Shown: piece by piece, positions 27,219-36,460 of the stretch
How the letters are laid out: the number at the start of each line of letters is the position of its first letter
Position numbering within the stretch: the first letter of the stretch is position 1
IMG/VR virus record: IMGVR_UViG_3300032007_000001
From: a virus
Lineage: Duplodnaviria; Caudoviricetes
Length of the DNA stretch: 64,000 nucleotides
Direction: 5' to 3' (one strand)
Notes under the pieces: model-generated
What the model was told of the DNA's origin: nothing
Databases searched by the model: none
What the model saw: only the letters and a program-made list of their open reading frames with translations
Position numbers and translations under genes: made by a program

Positions 27219-27686
27219 TCACCCTTGAATCTGGTCAACTTTTTTCCAATTCATATTGTACCAGATTTTTTCAAATCCTTTGTAAGTAATTTTTTCTCTA
27301 TACAACGAATATGCGTTTTTCTTTTTTTCTCCTCTTAATCTTCTTGCTCTTATATCTTTTACTTCATTTACAGTCAATTTGCTTCTGCATATATATAAAT
27401 TTTCGAAATCATTGCCGCCAGGAAGAGTATTATAACCAGTGTTCGTTGTATCGTATTTATTAATAAAATATTTTTCTCTCTCCTCGAGATTATCTGTTAT
27501 TTCCAATACGTAAAAAGTGAAGTTTTCTATTCCTTCATTTATTATAGCATCATAAAGTTTATGTTTTATTTTTCTATTAAAAGCACTTTTTATGTGCTGT
27601 TTCCAACGATTCATTACATCTTTTGAACGTCCTATATATTTTTTGTGATTATTGATGTTTTCTATTGCATATATTCCAGATATCAT
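27219..27686 (-). CDS. GIY-YIG homing endonuclease
   Basis: SGIYAIEN..N.KKYIGRS....RW.QH...E.YFI...GYN. Confidence 0.9.
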   Translation of the reverse strand: MISGIYAIENINNHKKYIGRSKDVMNRWKQHIKSAFNRKIKHKLYDAIINEGIENFTFYVLEITDNLEEREKYFINKYDTTNTGYNTLPGGNDFENLYICRSKLTVNEVKDIRARRLRGEKKKNAYSLYREKITYKGFEKIWYNMNWKKVDQIQG

Positions 27687-28102
27687 GTTATAAACAATGC
27701 ATACATTGCATATGAAATATGCAATATTGGTAATATGTTTATAAATACTTTATTATTAGATATACGTTCTTTAAAGAAAACATCAATATAAAAAATACTA
27801 TTATATAACAATAATGTGAATAAATATATATACATAACATTTGTAGACATTATAAAACAACTAACAATAATTAAAATAAAAAATACACATATATTAAAAA
27901 GAAAAACAGAAACTGCTGCAGAAAACGATTCTAAAAATCTTATATATTTCATATGTTCTGCTAATGTTTTATCTTTTTTATTATGTAAAAGTCTATCATC
28001 AAAATTTTTGATTACATATATAATATCATCATTGAATGGAATCTTTTTCCAAATCCCTAATACGTTGTAACAAATCACTATTAGTAGTAGACAATTTATC
28101 AT
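27683..28102 (-). CDS. Hypothetical membrane protein
   Basis: Several hydrophobic segments, coupled overlaps. Confidence 0.6.
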   Translation of the reverse strand: MINCLLLIVICYNVLGIWKKIPFNDDIIYVIKNFDDRLLHNKKDKTLAEHMKYIRFLESFSAAVSVFLFNICVFFILIIVSCFIMSTNVMYIYLFTLLLYNSIFYIDVFFKERISNNKVFINILPILHISYAMYALFIT

Positions 28103-28373
28103 GAATTTCTTCCTTCAATTTATGTAATTTGTATTCTAAAATAATTGTTAAGTAATTGATTACAGATTCTTTTTCTTCTTTCAAAAAATCAAATAAATTA
28201 CAACATTTATTATCATTTGATAAACCACTGGACATTATCAAATATTTCATGCCATATTTTTCAATACTTTGTAGTATTGAAAGGAGTTCTTTCATTACTT
28301 TTGTTTTACTTTTTAATTCGTCAATTGATTTTTCAGATTCATTAATAAAATCATTGACTTCTTGAAAATCCAC
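28029..28373 (-). CDS. Hypothetical protein
   Basis: 114 aa, AAAGGA SD before GTG. Confidence 0.55.
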   Translation of the reverse strand: MDFQEVNDFINESEKSIDELKSKTKVMKELLSILQSIEKYGMKYLIMSSGLSNDNKCCNLFDFLKEEKESVINYLTIILEYKLHKLKEEIHDKLSTTNSDLLQRIRDLEKDSIQ

Positions 28374-28508
28374 TTCCTTTCACTCCTGGTTTATTGTAAA
28401 CCATTTAAGCTCGTTTGTTTTTATTGATATTCGTAGTTTTATCTACCAAAACAAAAATAATTACTTTTAATATAGAAAAACATTCCAATTAAAAAGTTTT
28501 AATAAATA

Positions 28509-29714
28509 TTAGTATTGTACTGAATATTTATATGGCCTATTACATGCCTCTATTGGATCGATGACGTCATACGTCATGTTTCCAACTACTTTTTTTAAGA
28601 TATTATAACTTCCATTTACGTCTGCATTTATCGTTATTCCATTTTCACTTCTAAATAATCCTCTTTTTACTCTTTTTCCTTTATATACATCATGTTTACA
28701 TATATCTTCTTTATCAAGAAAGCTACATTTAGAAGTATAACTTTCCTCATGAGTAATTAAATTAATGCCTAATAATTTACATTTATAAGAAATCATAGTT
28801 AAAAGTTTATAAAATGGAATTTGTGTAAAATTTTGATTATTTACTTTTCCCATATTAATGTCTTGTTTCCAAGATTTATTATATCCTACTACTAAAGTAG
28901 ATATGTCATTAGAAACTAATTGATTCATTAAATAAGAAACACTTTTGTATAAATAATCATTAATTTTATTATTTCTTTTTAATGAAAGTTTTTGCAATCT
29001 TTTACTTGTATATTTATTATTTACTTTTATCAATTTTGAAACTATTTTTGCTTTTTTCTTATTATAATATTGGTTTATTGATTTTAATGGTTTGCCATTA
29101 ATAATTAACGGTTTGTGATTTGTAAAAACTAATGTCATTAAATTATTTAATCCTAAATCTATTGATGCATAATTTTGATTTGTTTTAACCTTTTTTTCTG
29201 TTTCATTATAAAGTACTTCTATTTTTACATATCCATTACATGGTACTATTCTTAATGCTTGAATTTTATTTTTATCTATTTTTGTTTTAATTTTTATATC
29301 TGTTCCACTTAATTTTATATAATTTTGTTCTTTAAGAGATAAAGCTTGTTTTGTATAAGGTACAATTTGTCTTCCTTTTATTGAATCCAAATATTTTGGT
29401 ATAGATACTTTTTTATTGTATTTATTTTGTTTTTTTAATTTGAGCAATTCAAAAAAAGACTTAAAGTTTTTGTCTACTATTTTTTGTATTTGTTGACTAA
29501 CTTTAGAAGGCAAAGCTCTATAATCTTGTTGATTATTTTGAGAAAATTCTTTATTGATTGTACAATAATTTTTATATTTTTGCGTATTAAAAAAATATTG
29601 TCTTATATCATATAATGTAGCGTTATATAAATTTTTAGATAAAAAACATAAATTATCCAATTCTTTATAAAACTTGTGATTTTGCTTAAAAATATGTGTT
29701 TCTACTAATATCAT
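28509..29714 (-). mobile_element. tnpB: Solo TnpB (IS607/IS1341-type RNA-guided nuclease), no tnpA
   Basis: SKNLYN, RuvC motifs SIDLGLNNL / EESYTSKCS / NADVNGSYNI, RVKRGLFRS. Confidence 0.92.
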
Positions 29715-29806
29715 TTTTTCACCTCCTTATTTGAATAATACACTTAAGGTTATGTTTTGTTCATTGTTCTATTTTGTTTATAGAAAATTATGATGGGAGG
29801 TAAATC

Positions 29807-30517
29807 ATGTCATATTTTTTTTCTAAAAACAAATTATCTGATAGCGAATATAACGATTTAATTAATTCAAATTCATTAGAAGAAATAAAAAATTACTTAA
29901 ATAACATAATTAAGAAAGATGAAAATGATAATTCAAATGAAAATTTAATGATTATTAGAATATTGTCTTATGATGAACATAAAAAATATATAACAAGTAG
30001 TACGTTAAGTGGTAGTATTTCAAAAAATGATATTAATGTATGGAATAATTCCGATATGGTTCGATACAGAACATTTTCATATGAAGAATCTTATAATGGT
30101 TGGAATTATAGCGAATATTTAAGATGTTTTAGAAATAACACTAAAATTAGAATAAATGAAATTTTAAAAGAAAATGACAATTACGATTGTTTTTTCCCAA
30201 CTGGAGGTCGTGTTAAAAACAGTCCTTCTTATTTTACACAATATAATAGTTTAATACAAAACAACAACAATAACAATGGCAATGTATATCTTATCCCATC
30301 AGTAATTCAATTTTGGACTTCGCAAGGTGGATATAATAATTCTTACTATAGAAATGACATTTCATATATATATTTAACAAAAAATCAATTAAAATATACA
30401 ATTTCATTTCTAAAAACAAACGGTAATTGGTGGTTTATGGAATTTAATTTTGTACCGGCATTTCGTCCAGTATTTAATTATATAGATAATAATAAAAGTA
30501 ATAATATTTATAGGTGA
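29807..30517 (+). CDS. Variable-middle paralogue family member 3 (array gene 1)
   Basis: IRILSYDEHKKYITSSTLSGSISKNDINVW ... FRPVFNYIDNNKSNNIYR. Confidence 0.8.
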   Translation: MSYFFSKNKLSDSEYNDLINSNSLEEIKNYLNNIIKKDENDNSNENLMIIRILSYDEHKKYITSSTLSGSISKNDINVWNNSDMVRYRTFSYEESYNGWNYSEYLRCFRNNTKIRINEILKENDNYDCFFPTGGRVKNSPSYFTQYNSLIQNNNNNNGNVYLIPSVIQFWTSQGGYNNSYYRNDISYIYLTKNQLKYTISFLKTNGNWWFMEFNFVPAFRPVFNYIDNNKSNNIYR

Positions 30518-30518
30518 T

Positions 30519-31283
30519 ATGATGATTATACAAAAACAATTATACGATTCATTGAAAAATATAAAAAATTTCGAAGAATTTGAAACTTTCAGAAATTCTT
30601 TGGAAATAAGTGATAATGATATTTCAAATGGAAAACTATTTTCTGTAAGAACATTATCAAAAAAAGAATATGATAAATTCATAATGCAAGAGACATTAAA
30701 TGGTTCAATAACAGCAAATGACGCAAATACATGGAATTCTTCATCTAACATTTCATATAAAAGTTTATTTTTAATTGTAACACAAGTAAACTACGGTGGA
30801 GATACATCCAGTTATGGTAAATTCAATCCAAATACGAATTGGGATAGTTTAACTGGAAACGTTTTTAATATAAATTCTTATATAAAGAATAATGATTATA
30901 TTTTGTATAATCAAATTATACCAGGCGGAACCTCTACACAAACTCTTAATAAAATGACAGAACTTTTACAAGATAATAAAACTAATGCATTTTCATTATC
31001 TATTGGTTGTAAAATATTAGAAATAGCTACAGCAACATACAACGATATGTACCGTAATTGGTACGCTTATTGTGGATATAGAGATTCTATAGTACATGGT
31101 ACAACAATTTCTGGGTCAGCAACAGCAACAAAAACGCAAACAAAATTGACTTATTCTTGGAATTCATCATTGCACTTTATAACACCAATAACATATTGTA
31201 CGAGAAACCTAAATATTAATTTATGTTTTCGTCCGATATTCCAATATGTTGATAATAACAAGAGTGCAAATATCTATAGGTGA
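30519..31283 (+). CDS. Variable-middle paralogue family member 4
   Basis: VRTLSKKEYDKFIMQETLNGSITANDANTW ... FRPIFQYVDNNKSANIYR. Confidence 0.8.
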   Translation: MMIIQKQLYDSLKNIKNFEEFETFRNSLEISDNDISNGKLFSVRTLSKKEYDKFIMQETLNGSITANDANTWNSSSNISYKSLFLIVTQVNYGGDTSSYGKFNPNTNWDSLTGNVFNINSYIKNNDYILYNQIIPGGTSTQTLNKMTELLQDNKTNAFSLSIGCKILEIATATYNDMYRNWYAYCGYRDSIVHGTTISGSATATKTQTKLTYSWNSSLHFITPITYCTRNLNINLCFRPIFQYVDNNKSANIYR

Positions 31284-31288
31284 TTTTA

Positions 31289-32065
31289 ATGAGTATAGAA
31301 AATAAAAAAAGAGATTTGTTAAATCTCTTATCTTCTAATAATTACGATATAAACGACGATGAAACGAAACAAGCTTTACAATTAATTATTAATGAAAACG
31401 ATGCAAATGATATAAATGAAAGCTTAATTCTTACTAGAATGTTATCTTACGATGAATATAACAAATATATAAAAAATGATTCTTTGAATGGGTCTATAAC
31501 TGAAAATAACAATAATGTTTGGCACCATTTTATAAACAACAAAGAATTTAATATATATTTTGCTTGGTTAAATGATGGTGGCGGATTTAATGAAAATACA
31601 TGGAAAACCACTATCTTAAATAACTTAAAAACATATAAAAAAATAGATTTTACAAAGTATTTACAGGATAAATGTTACTTAAAAGATTATCAATATAACT
31701 ATGATAAAAATACAATTGATATTACAAGTCTTTATGTAGAACAAACAAACAATGATTCTACAAATACATATAAATTTAATGGACCAATGCAATATATTTT
31801 ATGTACCAATCTTTATTGGAGAGGATATTATAACGGATTTATAAGCCAAATTTCTGGCAACGGTTGCAGTGCGTTAGTATCATATATAGATGTAAGCTCG
31901 TATACAATTAACAAAAGCAACACTAGTGAAACGAAACATATTTATTCTACTATGTATTCAGAATATTGGTCAAGACAAATAGACTTTAGATTTCAGTTTT
32001 TATCAAGTTTTCGTCCAGTATTTAATTATGTTGATAATAGAAAAAGTAATAATATTTATAGGTGA
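31289..32065 (+). CDS. Variable-middle paralogue family member 5
   Basis: TRMLSYDEYNKYIKNDSLNGSITENNNNVW ... FRPVFNYVDNRKSNNIYR. Confidence 0.8.
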   Translation: MSIENKKRDLLNLLSSNNYDINDDETKQALQLIINENDANDINESLILTRMLSYDEYNKYIKNDSLNGSITENNNNVWHHFINNKEFNIYFAWLNDGGGFNENTWKTTILNNLKTYKKIDFTKYLQDKCYLKDYQYNYDKNTIDITSLYVEQTNNDSTNTYKFNGPMQYILCTNLYWRGYYNGFISQISGNGCSALVSYIDVSSYTINKSNTSETKHIYSTMYSEYWSRQIDFRFQFLSSFRPVFNYVDNRKSNNIYR

Positions 32066-32071
32066 TGTAAA

Positions 32072-32649
32072 TTGAGTATAGAAAATGATTTGTTGGACGC
32101 AATATCATCAAAAGGTTACAATATTGAAAATGAAAATGTTAGAAATGCATTATATAAAATCTTAAGTAAAAAAAAAGATAATTACACTGGAGATTTAATA
32201 TCCTGCAGAGTATTATCGCCAAATGAATGGAATAAATATATAATAAAAGATACATTGGACGGTTCCATAACAGCAAATAATAATAGTGTGTGGAAAAAAA
32301 TAACACCAACAAATACAAACAATTCATTTGGTGGTGGTGGCTGTCCAACTTATTATTCTTATTTTTATTTAGAGTTATCTCAAAATAATAATTCTGGTAA
32401 TTCAACATGTTTGCATGAACCAACTAATTGTTCAAATTCGATTTATGTTATGGGACGTTTGAATAATCAAGATAATTTTACAATTGGAAATACAAATATC
32501 AGTAAAAAAGAAGTATATATCTTTTGAGAGATTCATATGTTCGTTCAAACAATTCAACCGGTATAAGAACTTATGTATATGGATATATAAATTTTAGACC
32601 AGTTTTTCAATATAAAGACAATAATAAATCTCGAACGATTTTCAATTAA
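32072..32649 (+). pseudogene. Variable-middle paralogue family member 6, frameshifted
   Basis: Frame-0 ORF stops at 32527; the family C-terminus FRPVFQYKDNNKSRTIFN* is in the -1 frame ending 32649; one extra A in the A6 run at 32504-32509 restores it. Confidence 0.78.
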
Positions 32650-32663
32650 TTTGGTGAAAATAT

Positions 32664-33392
32664 ATGAGTGAATTTAAGCAAAAATTTATAGATTTTTTAT
32701 CAGAAAATAATTTTAATATAAACGAAATTAAAAACGAATTGTTATCATTATTTAATGAAAACATAGAAGATAGTCCAACAAGAAATTTATTTTCTTGTAG
32801 AATTTTATCTATAGATGAATACGATAAATATATATTAAATAGTACATTAAATGGGTCCATCAATAAATATGATAGCAACGTTTGGAATGATTTCTTAAAA
32901 ACAAATGTAAATGGTTTTGTTTGTTGTCATAGGCCAATTGGTGAATCAATTAGTACATGGAATTCTGGGATAAAACAAAATAAATTTGTTTGTTATTCAA
33001 ATACAAATATAAAAAAATTACCCGAATATACAAATTTTAATAATTATGAAGTTAGAGGTTGTTCGCCAAACGTAAAAGATAATGTATATGTATATACAAA
33101 TTTATCACAGGATGACTCAAATAATAAATGCAAATATGCAACGCAACGTAAAACATATGAATCATTCCAATCTGATTGGGTTGATTTTGAAAAATGGTCT
33201 TATATGATTATAGAAATATCATCAAAAGAATTGATAGATAAACAACAAACTAAAAAAACAACGGTTGTCGTTAATGCACCAATAGTTTGTAGTAATGGTG
33301 CAACTCATACATTAACATGTAATAATTATTTATGTTTTAGACCGGTTTTTAATTATGTTGATAATAACAAGAGCGAAAATATAATTTTTTGA
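32664..33392 (+). CDS. Variable-middle paralogue family member 7
   Basis: CRILSIDEYDKYILNSTLNGSINKYDSNVW ... FRPVFNYVDNNKSENIIF. Confidence 0.8.
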   Translation: MSEFKQKFIDFLSENNFNINEIKNELLSLFNENIEDSPTRNLFSCRILSIDEYDKYILNSTLNGSINKYDSNVWNDFLKTNVNGFVCCHRPIGESISTWNSGIKQNKFVCYSNTNIKKLPEYTNFNNYEVRGCSPNVKDNVYVYTNLSQDDSNNKCKYATQRKTYESFQSDWVDFEKWSYMIIEISSKELIDKQQTKKTTVVVNAPIVCSNGATHTLTCNNYLCFRPVFNYVDNNKSENIIF

Positions 33393-33404
33393 TTTGGTGA
33401 TATC

Positions 33405-34094
33405 ATGTCTCACATTATTTCAGATTTATTATATAATCAACTTATAAATTCCAATACATTGGAAGAACTTCTAACATCTAGAGATTTAATAAGAAATTCT
33501 CAAAATACACAAGGAGATGTTTCTAATGAGAACTTTGTTCTCATTAGAATTTTATCAAAAAACGAATATGATAAATATATTAAAAATGGAAATTTGAATG
33601 GGTCTGTAACAGAAAACAATATGAATACTTGGAATTATTCTCGATATAATGGTTATTTAATGTTATTTGGAGTTTATGGTGGTTACAATATAGACACATA
33701 CGATACATTTCAAAGCAGAGATAAAAACTTAAAAGCACCAAAAAATAGAGTATCTTGTTATCATAAAGGTGCTTGGCACGATGCTGCAAATTGGATAATG
33801 CAAACATATTTTATATTTGAAATTTTATCGAACAACAATGAAAATAAAAATACAGGCATATTCAATAATGATGTATTATTGGAAATTTATATAAATACAA
33901 GTGAAACAATATATAAGAATTATTCTGTTCCTAAAAATGTTACATTTAATAAAAGCGAAATAAATCATTTGGATTCTTTTTCAGCCTCACCAGTTAGTTA
34001 TGTAACTGGAACAATTAAATTAAATTGTTATTCATCATTTAGACCAGTTTTTAATTATAAGGATAATAACAAAAATAATTATATTTTCAATTAA
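33405..34094 (+). CDS. Variable-middle paralogue family member 8
   Basis: IRILSKNEYDKYIKNGNLNGSVTENNMNTW ... FRPVFNYKDNNKNNYIFN. Confidence 0.8.
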   Translation: MSHIISDLLYNQLINSNTLEELLTSRDLIRNSQNTQGDVSNENFVLIRILSKNEYDKYIKNGNLNGSVTENNMNTWNYSRYNGYLMLFGVYGGYNIDTYDTFQSRDKNLKAPKNRVSCYHKGAWHDAANWIMQTYFIFEILSNNNENKNTGIFNNDVLLEIYINTSETIYKNYSVPKNVTFNKSEINHLDSFSASPVSYVTGTIKLNCYSSFRPVFNYKDNNKNNYIFN

Positions 34095-34121
34095 ATGGGT
34101 AAAAATATATCCAATAAATAA

Positions 34122-34144
34122 AAAGAGAGCATTAAGCTCTCTTT
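34122..34144. terminator. Repeated hairpin terminator, copy 1
   Basis: AAAGAGAGC-ATTAA-GCTCTCTTT. Confidence 0.75.
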
Positions 34145-34146
34145 AT

Positions 34147-34422
34147 TTATTCCATTTCATATCTCATTTGTTGTTGTTCTTTTGCTTTTTCTATGATTGT
34201 TATTTTTATGATTTGTTTAAGTTCTTCAATTGTTGTATTGCTATCTACTTTTTCTTTTACAGCATCACATAATGCTTCAAACACTCTATCATCATTCAAA
34301 CAATCATGTACATAAAAATAAATGTAATTTTCTTCACAATTGTTTATTATGAAATTTAGTACTTCATCGCAATTGTATGTTATATCTTTTTGCGTTATCG
34401 CTAATCTTCTTAATCTTTTCAT
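34147..34422 (-). CDS. Hypothetical protein (MKRLRRLA leader)
   Basis: GGAGTG SD. Confidence 0.65.
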   Translation of the reverse strand: MKRLRRLAITQKDITYNCDEVLNFIINNCEENYIYFYVHDCLNDDRVFEALCDAVKEKVDSNTTIEELKQIIKITIIEKAKEQQQMRYEME

Positions 34423-34482
34423 TATATTCACTCCAATTACTTATTCTAAATCAAAATATATATATCATTAAGAAAAAAAATA

Positions 34483-34502
34483 AGAGAGCATTAAGCTCTC
34501 TC
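34483..34502. terminator. Repeated hairpin terminator, copy 2
   Basis: AGAGAGCATTAAGCTCTCTC, overlapping the stop of the upstream minus-strand gene. Confidence 0.7.
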
Positions 34503-35048
34503 AATTTTTTCTTCTTTTAACATTTTCAATATAAATTTATCAGGTGGAGTTCCATTTTCTACATTTATTAAATCCAATGACAATCCATTTATCATTACTT
34601 TTGTTTCATCGTATAGATTTGCAAATTTATCTTCAGATATTTCAGCTATTGGTTTCCCAATATATGTAATTTCTATATCATTTTCTGTAAGCTTTTCAGT
34701 CTGTTTATCTTTCGCTTTTTCTTTTATTTTCCACTCAAATTTTTTAGCTAATGCTATTGTAAGTACTTCTCCAGAATGTTTTATATTCTTAAATTGATAA
34801 ACTTCTACTACATAAAATTCTATGTTTTCTCCTTGTCCATAACAACCATAATTAGCATAACTTGGAGGAGTAGAAGATGCTTCATCAATTACATGTACAT
34901 ATTCTTTCGTTATCAATTTCTTTACTATTTCTTTGTTTTCTCTTAATGCATCTGTTACTTCTTGATGAGTGATAGCTTCGCCAGTTTGTATTGATGGTTC
35001 TCCAAATACCATTTTATACATTTCTTCTTTTGATATTAAACGTTTCAC
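34491..35048 (-). CDS. Hypothetical protein (MKRLISK leader)
   Basis: GAGGTGA SD then GTG; early promoter upstream. Confidence 0.7.
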   Translation of the reverse strand: MKRLISKEEMYKMVFGEPSIQTGEAITHQEVTDALRENKEIVKKLITKEYVHVIDEASSTPPSYANYGCYGQGENIEFYVVEVYQFKNIKHSGEVLTIALAKKFEWKIKEKAKDKQTEKLTENDIEITYIGKPIAEISEDKFANLYDETKVMINGLSLDLINVENGTPPDKFILKMLKEEKIERA

Positions 35049-35068
35049 ATCTATCACCTCTTTTTTGT

Positions 35069-35097
35069 ATTATAACATATTTGATAAACAATGTAAA
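35069..35097 (-). promoter_or_regulatory. SigA-type promoter
   Basis: TTTACA-17nt-TATAAT on the minus strand. Confidence 0.7.
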
Positions 35098-35100
35098 TAA

Positions 35101-35128
35101 AAAGAGAGCATTAAGCTCTCTCTTTTTT
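35101..35128. terminator. Repeated hairpin terminator, copy 3
   Basis: AAAGAGAGCATTAAGCTCTCTCTTTTTT. Confidence 0.75.
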
Positions 35129-36443
35129 ATTCTTCTACTTTTTTATATTTGTATTTTGCTCTATTATTTTCATATTGTTCAATGATACCACGCGTATATG
35201 CTAAATTAGCCAATTCAGATTCAGTTTTAATAAATTCATTATATTTATTACCAAGTACATTAAACGGTGTTTCTACCCAATATTTTGCATCTTTCAAAGA
35301 CACATTATAATATGTATCTATTATTTTTGTATGGTCTTTAAAATCATTTCCATGACCATCAAGTATCAATACTACATTGTTAGGATTCCCATCTGTGAAG
35401 ACTTGATCTTCTCTCATAAGTTTAATGTATCTTGTTTTGCATATATCGAAATGAATTGCTGTGGCAATTTGCCCAACAACAAAGAAATTTCTTTCTACTG
35501 CATCAAATTGCCGTTTTGCATCTGTATAAAGGAATGCAGCGCCACATTTTGTATTGCCATTGAATAAAACACCAAAATCATTGTCATACTTAACAAATCC
35601 CAATGACAATTCTTCTATTTTTCTAATAGCTCTTTCTAACCGTTTGGCTGTTTTACTATGTGGATGAAGCCAATTTGTTACTCTATCTTCAATACCACGC
35701 ATTATTTTGTAATTATATGCTCTATATTCTACCATTGCTTCCCCGCCAACACTATATTCAGGCACATACATGGCGTATTCCATAGCTTTCTCATCTGCCT
35801 GTTGTTCTGTCTCAAATCCCATTTGACGACTATTAAAAGCATTGATAAGACTTGAACCAGCAGACAATCCAAGCAAAGCCCATACATTTCCAGCTGGAAT
35901 CATCGATATGATAAGCCTCGTATCCATCTGCCTATCATACTGCCTTAACATATCTTCGTTCTCCCAATGGCCAATTTCATGGCCAATAACAGCCGCCATT
36001 GCTGACATTTGATATATGTTTGATTTTTTCCAAGGCGTTTGTTCATTTTTATTATAAGAAAATGCACCACTTGTCATAGTAGCTAAATGGTCAAACATAC
36101 CTTCATATACGTATATTTGCCCACCACCATAACTTATAGCATTGGCAGAATCATTTTTTGCCATAAGTATGGGTTCTAGTCCGCGCTTTTTCCCTGGCGT
36201 GCCGTACATCCAGAGTTTGTCAGAGTTGAAGAGCATAATCCGCTTCTGGATGTGTTCGAGCACCCAATTGTGCTCGACAGGGTATTCTTTTGCAAAATCT
36301 TGGGCAGCTTGTGTGCCTATCTCTTTTTCTTGTTTTGACGATAACCAATGAGCTTCAGAAACAAATGGTACTGTAAGAGTTGCTGCAGTAGCAATTACCA
36401 CGGTTAAATTTTTAATTGCATTTTTGATTTTCAATGATATCAT
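35127..36443 (-). CDS. Secreted M48-family zinc metallopeptidase
   Basis: Signal peptide (…VSEA|HW), EKEIG, NAISYGGGQIYV..G, AAVIGHEIGH (HExxH), EQQADE, HP....RL. Confidence 0.85.
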   Translation of the reverse strand: MISLKIKNAIKNLTVVIATAATLTVPFVSEAHWLSSKQEKEIGTQAAQDFAKEYPVEHNWVLEHIQKRIMLFNSDKLWMYGTPGKKRGLEPILMAKNDSANAISYGGGQIYVYEGMFDHLATMTSGAFSYNKNEQTPWKKSNIYQMSAMAAVIGHEIGHWENEDMLRQYDRQMDTRLIISMIPAGNVWALLGLSAGSSLINAFNSRQMGFETEQQADEKAMEYAMYVPEYSVGGEAMVEYRAYNYKIMRGIEDRVTNWLHPHSKTAKRLERAIRKIEELSLGFVKYDNDFGVLFNGNTKCGAAFLYTDAKRQFDAVERNFFVVGQIATAIHFDICKTRYIKLMREDQVFTDGNPNNVVLILDGHGNDFKDHTKIIDTYYNVSLKDAKYWVETPFNVLGNKYNEFIKTESELANLAYTRGIIEQYENNRAKYKYKKVEE

Positions 36444-36460
36444 TTCCTTTCATAGATAAA

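Noticed and set aside
32504-32510. AAAAAAG as a programmed -1 frameshift
   Set aside because: It is phased AAA AAA G rather than A AAA AAG, and I saw no stimulatory hairpin; kept only as a homopolymer indel.
29807-34094. Array as a DGR (TR/VR pair)
   Set aside because: No near-identical nucleotide repeat with adenine-only differences and no reverse transcriptase in the window; the cores differ completely.
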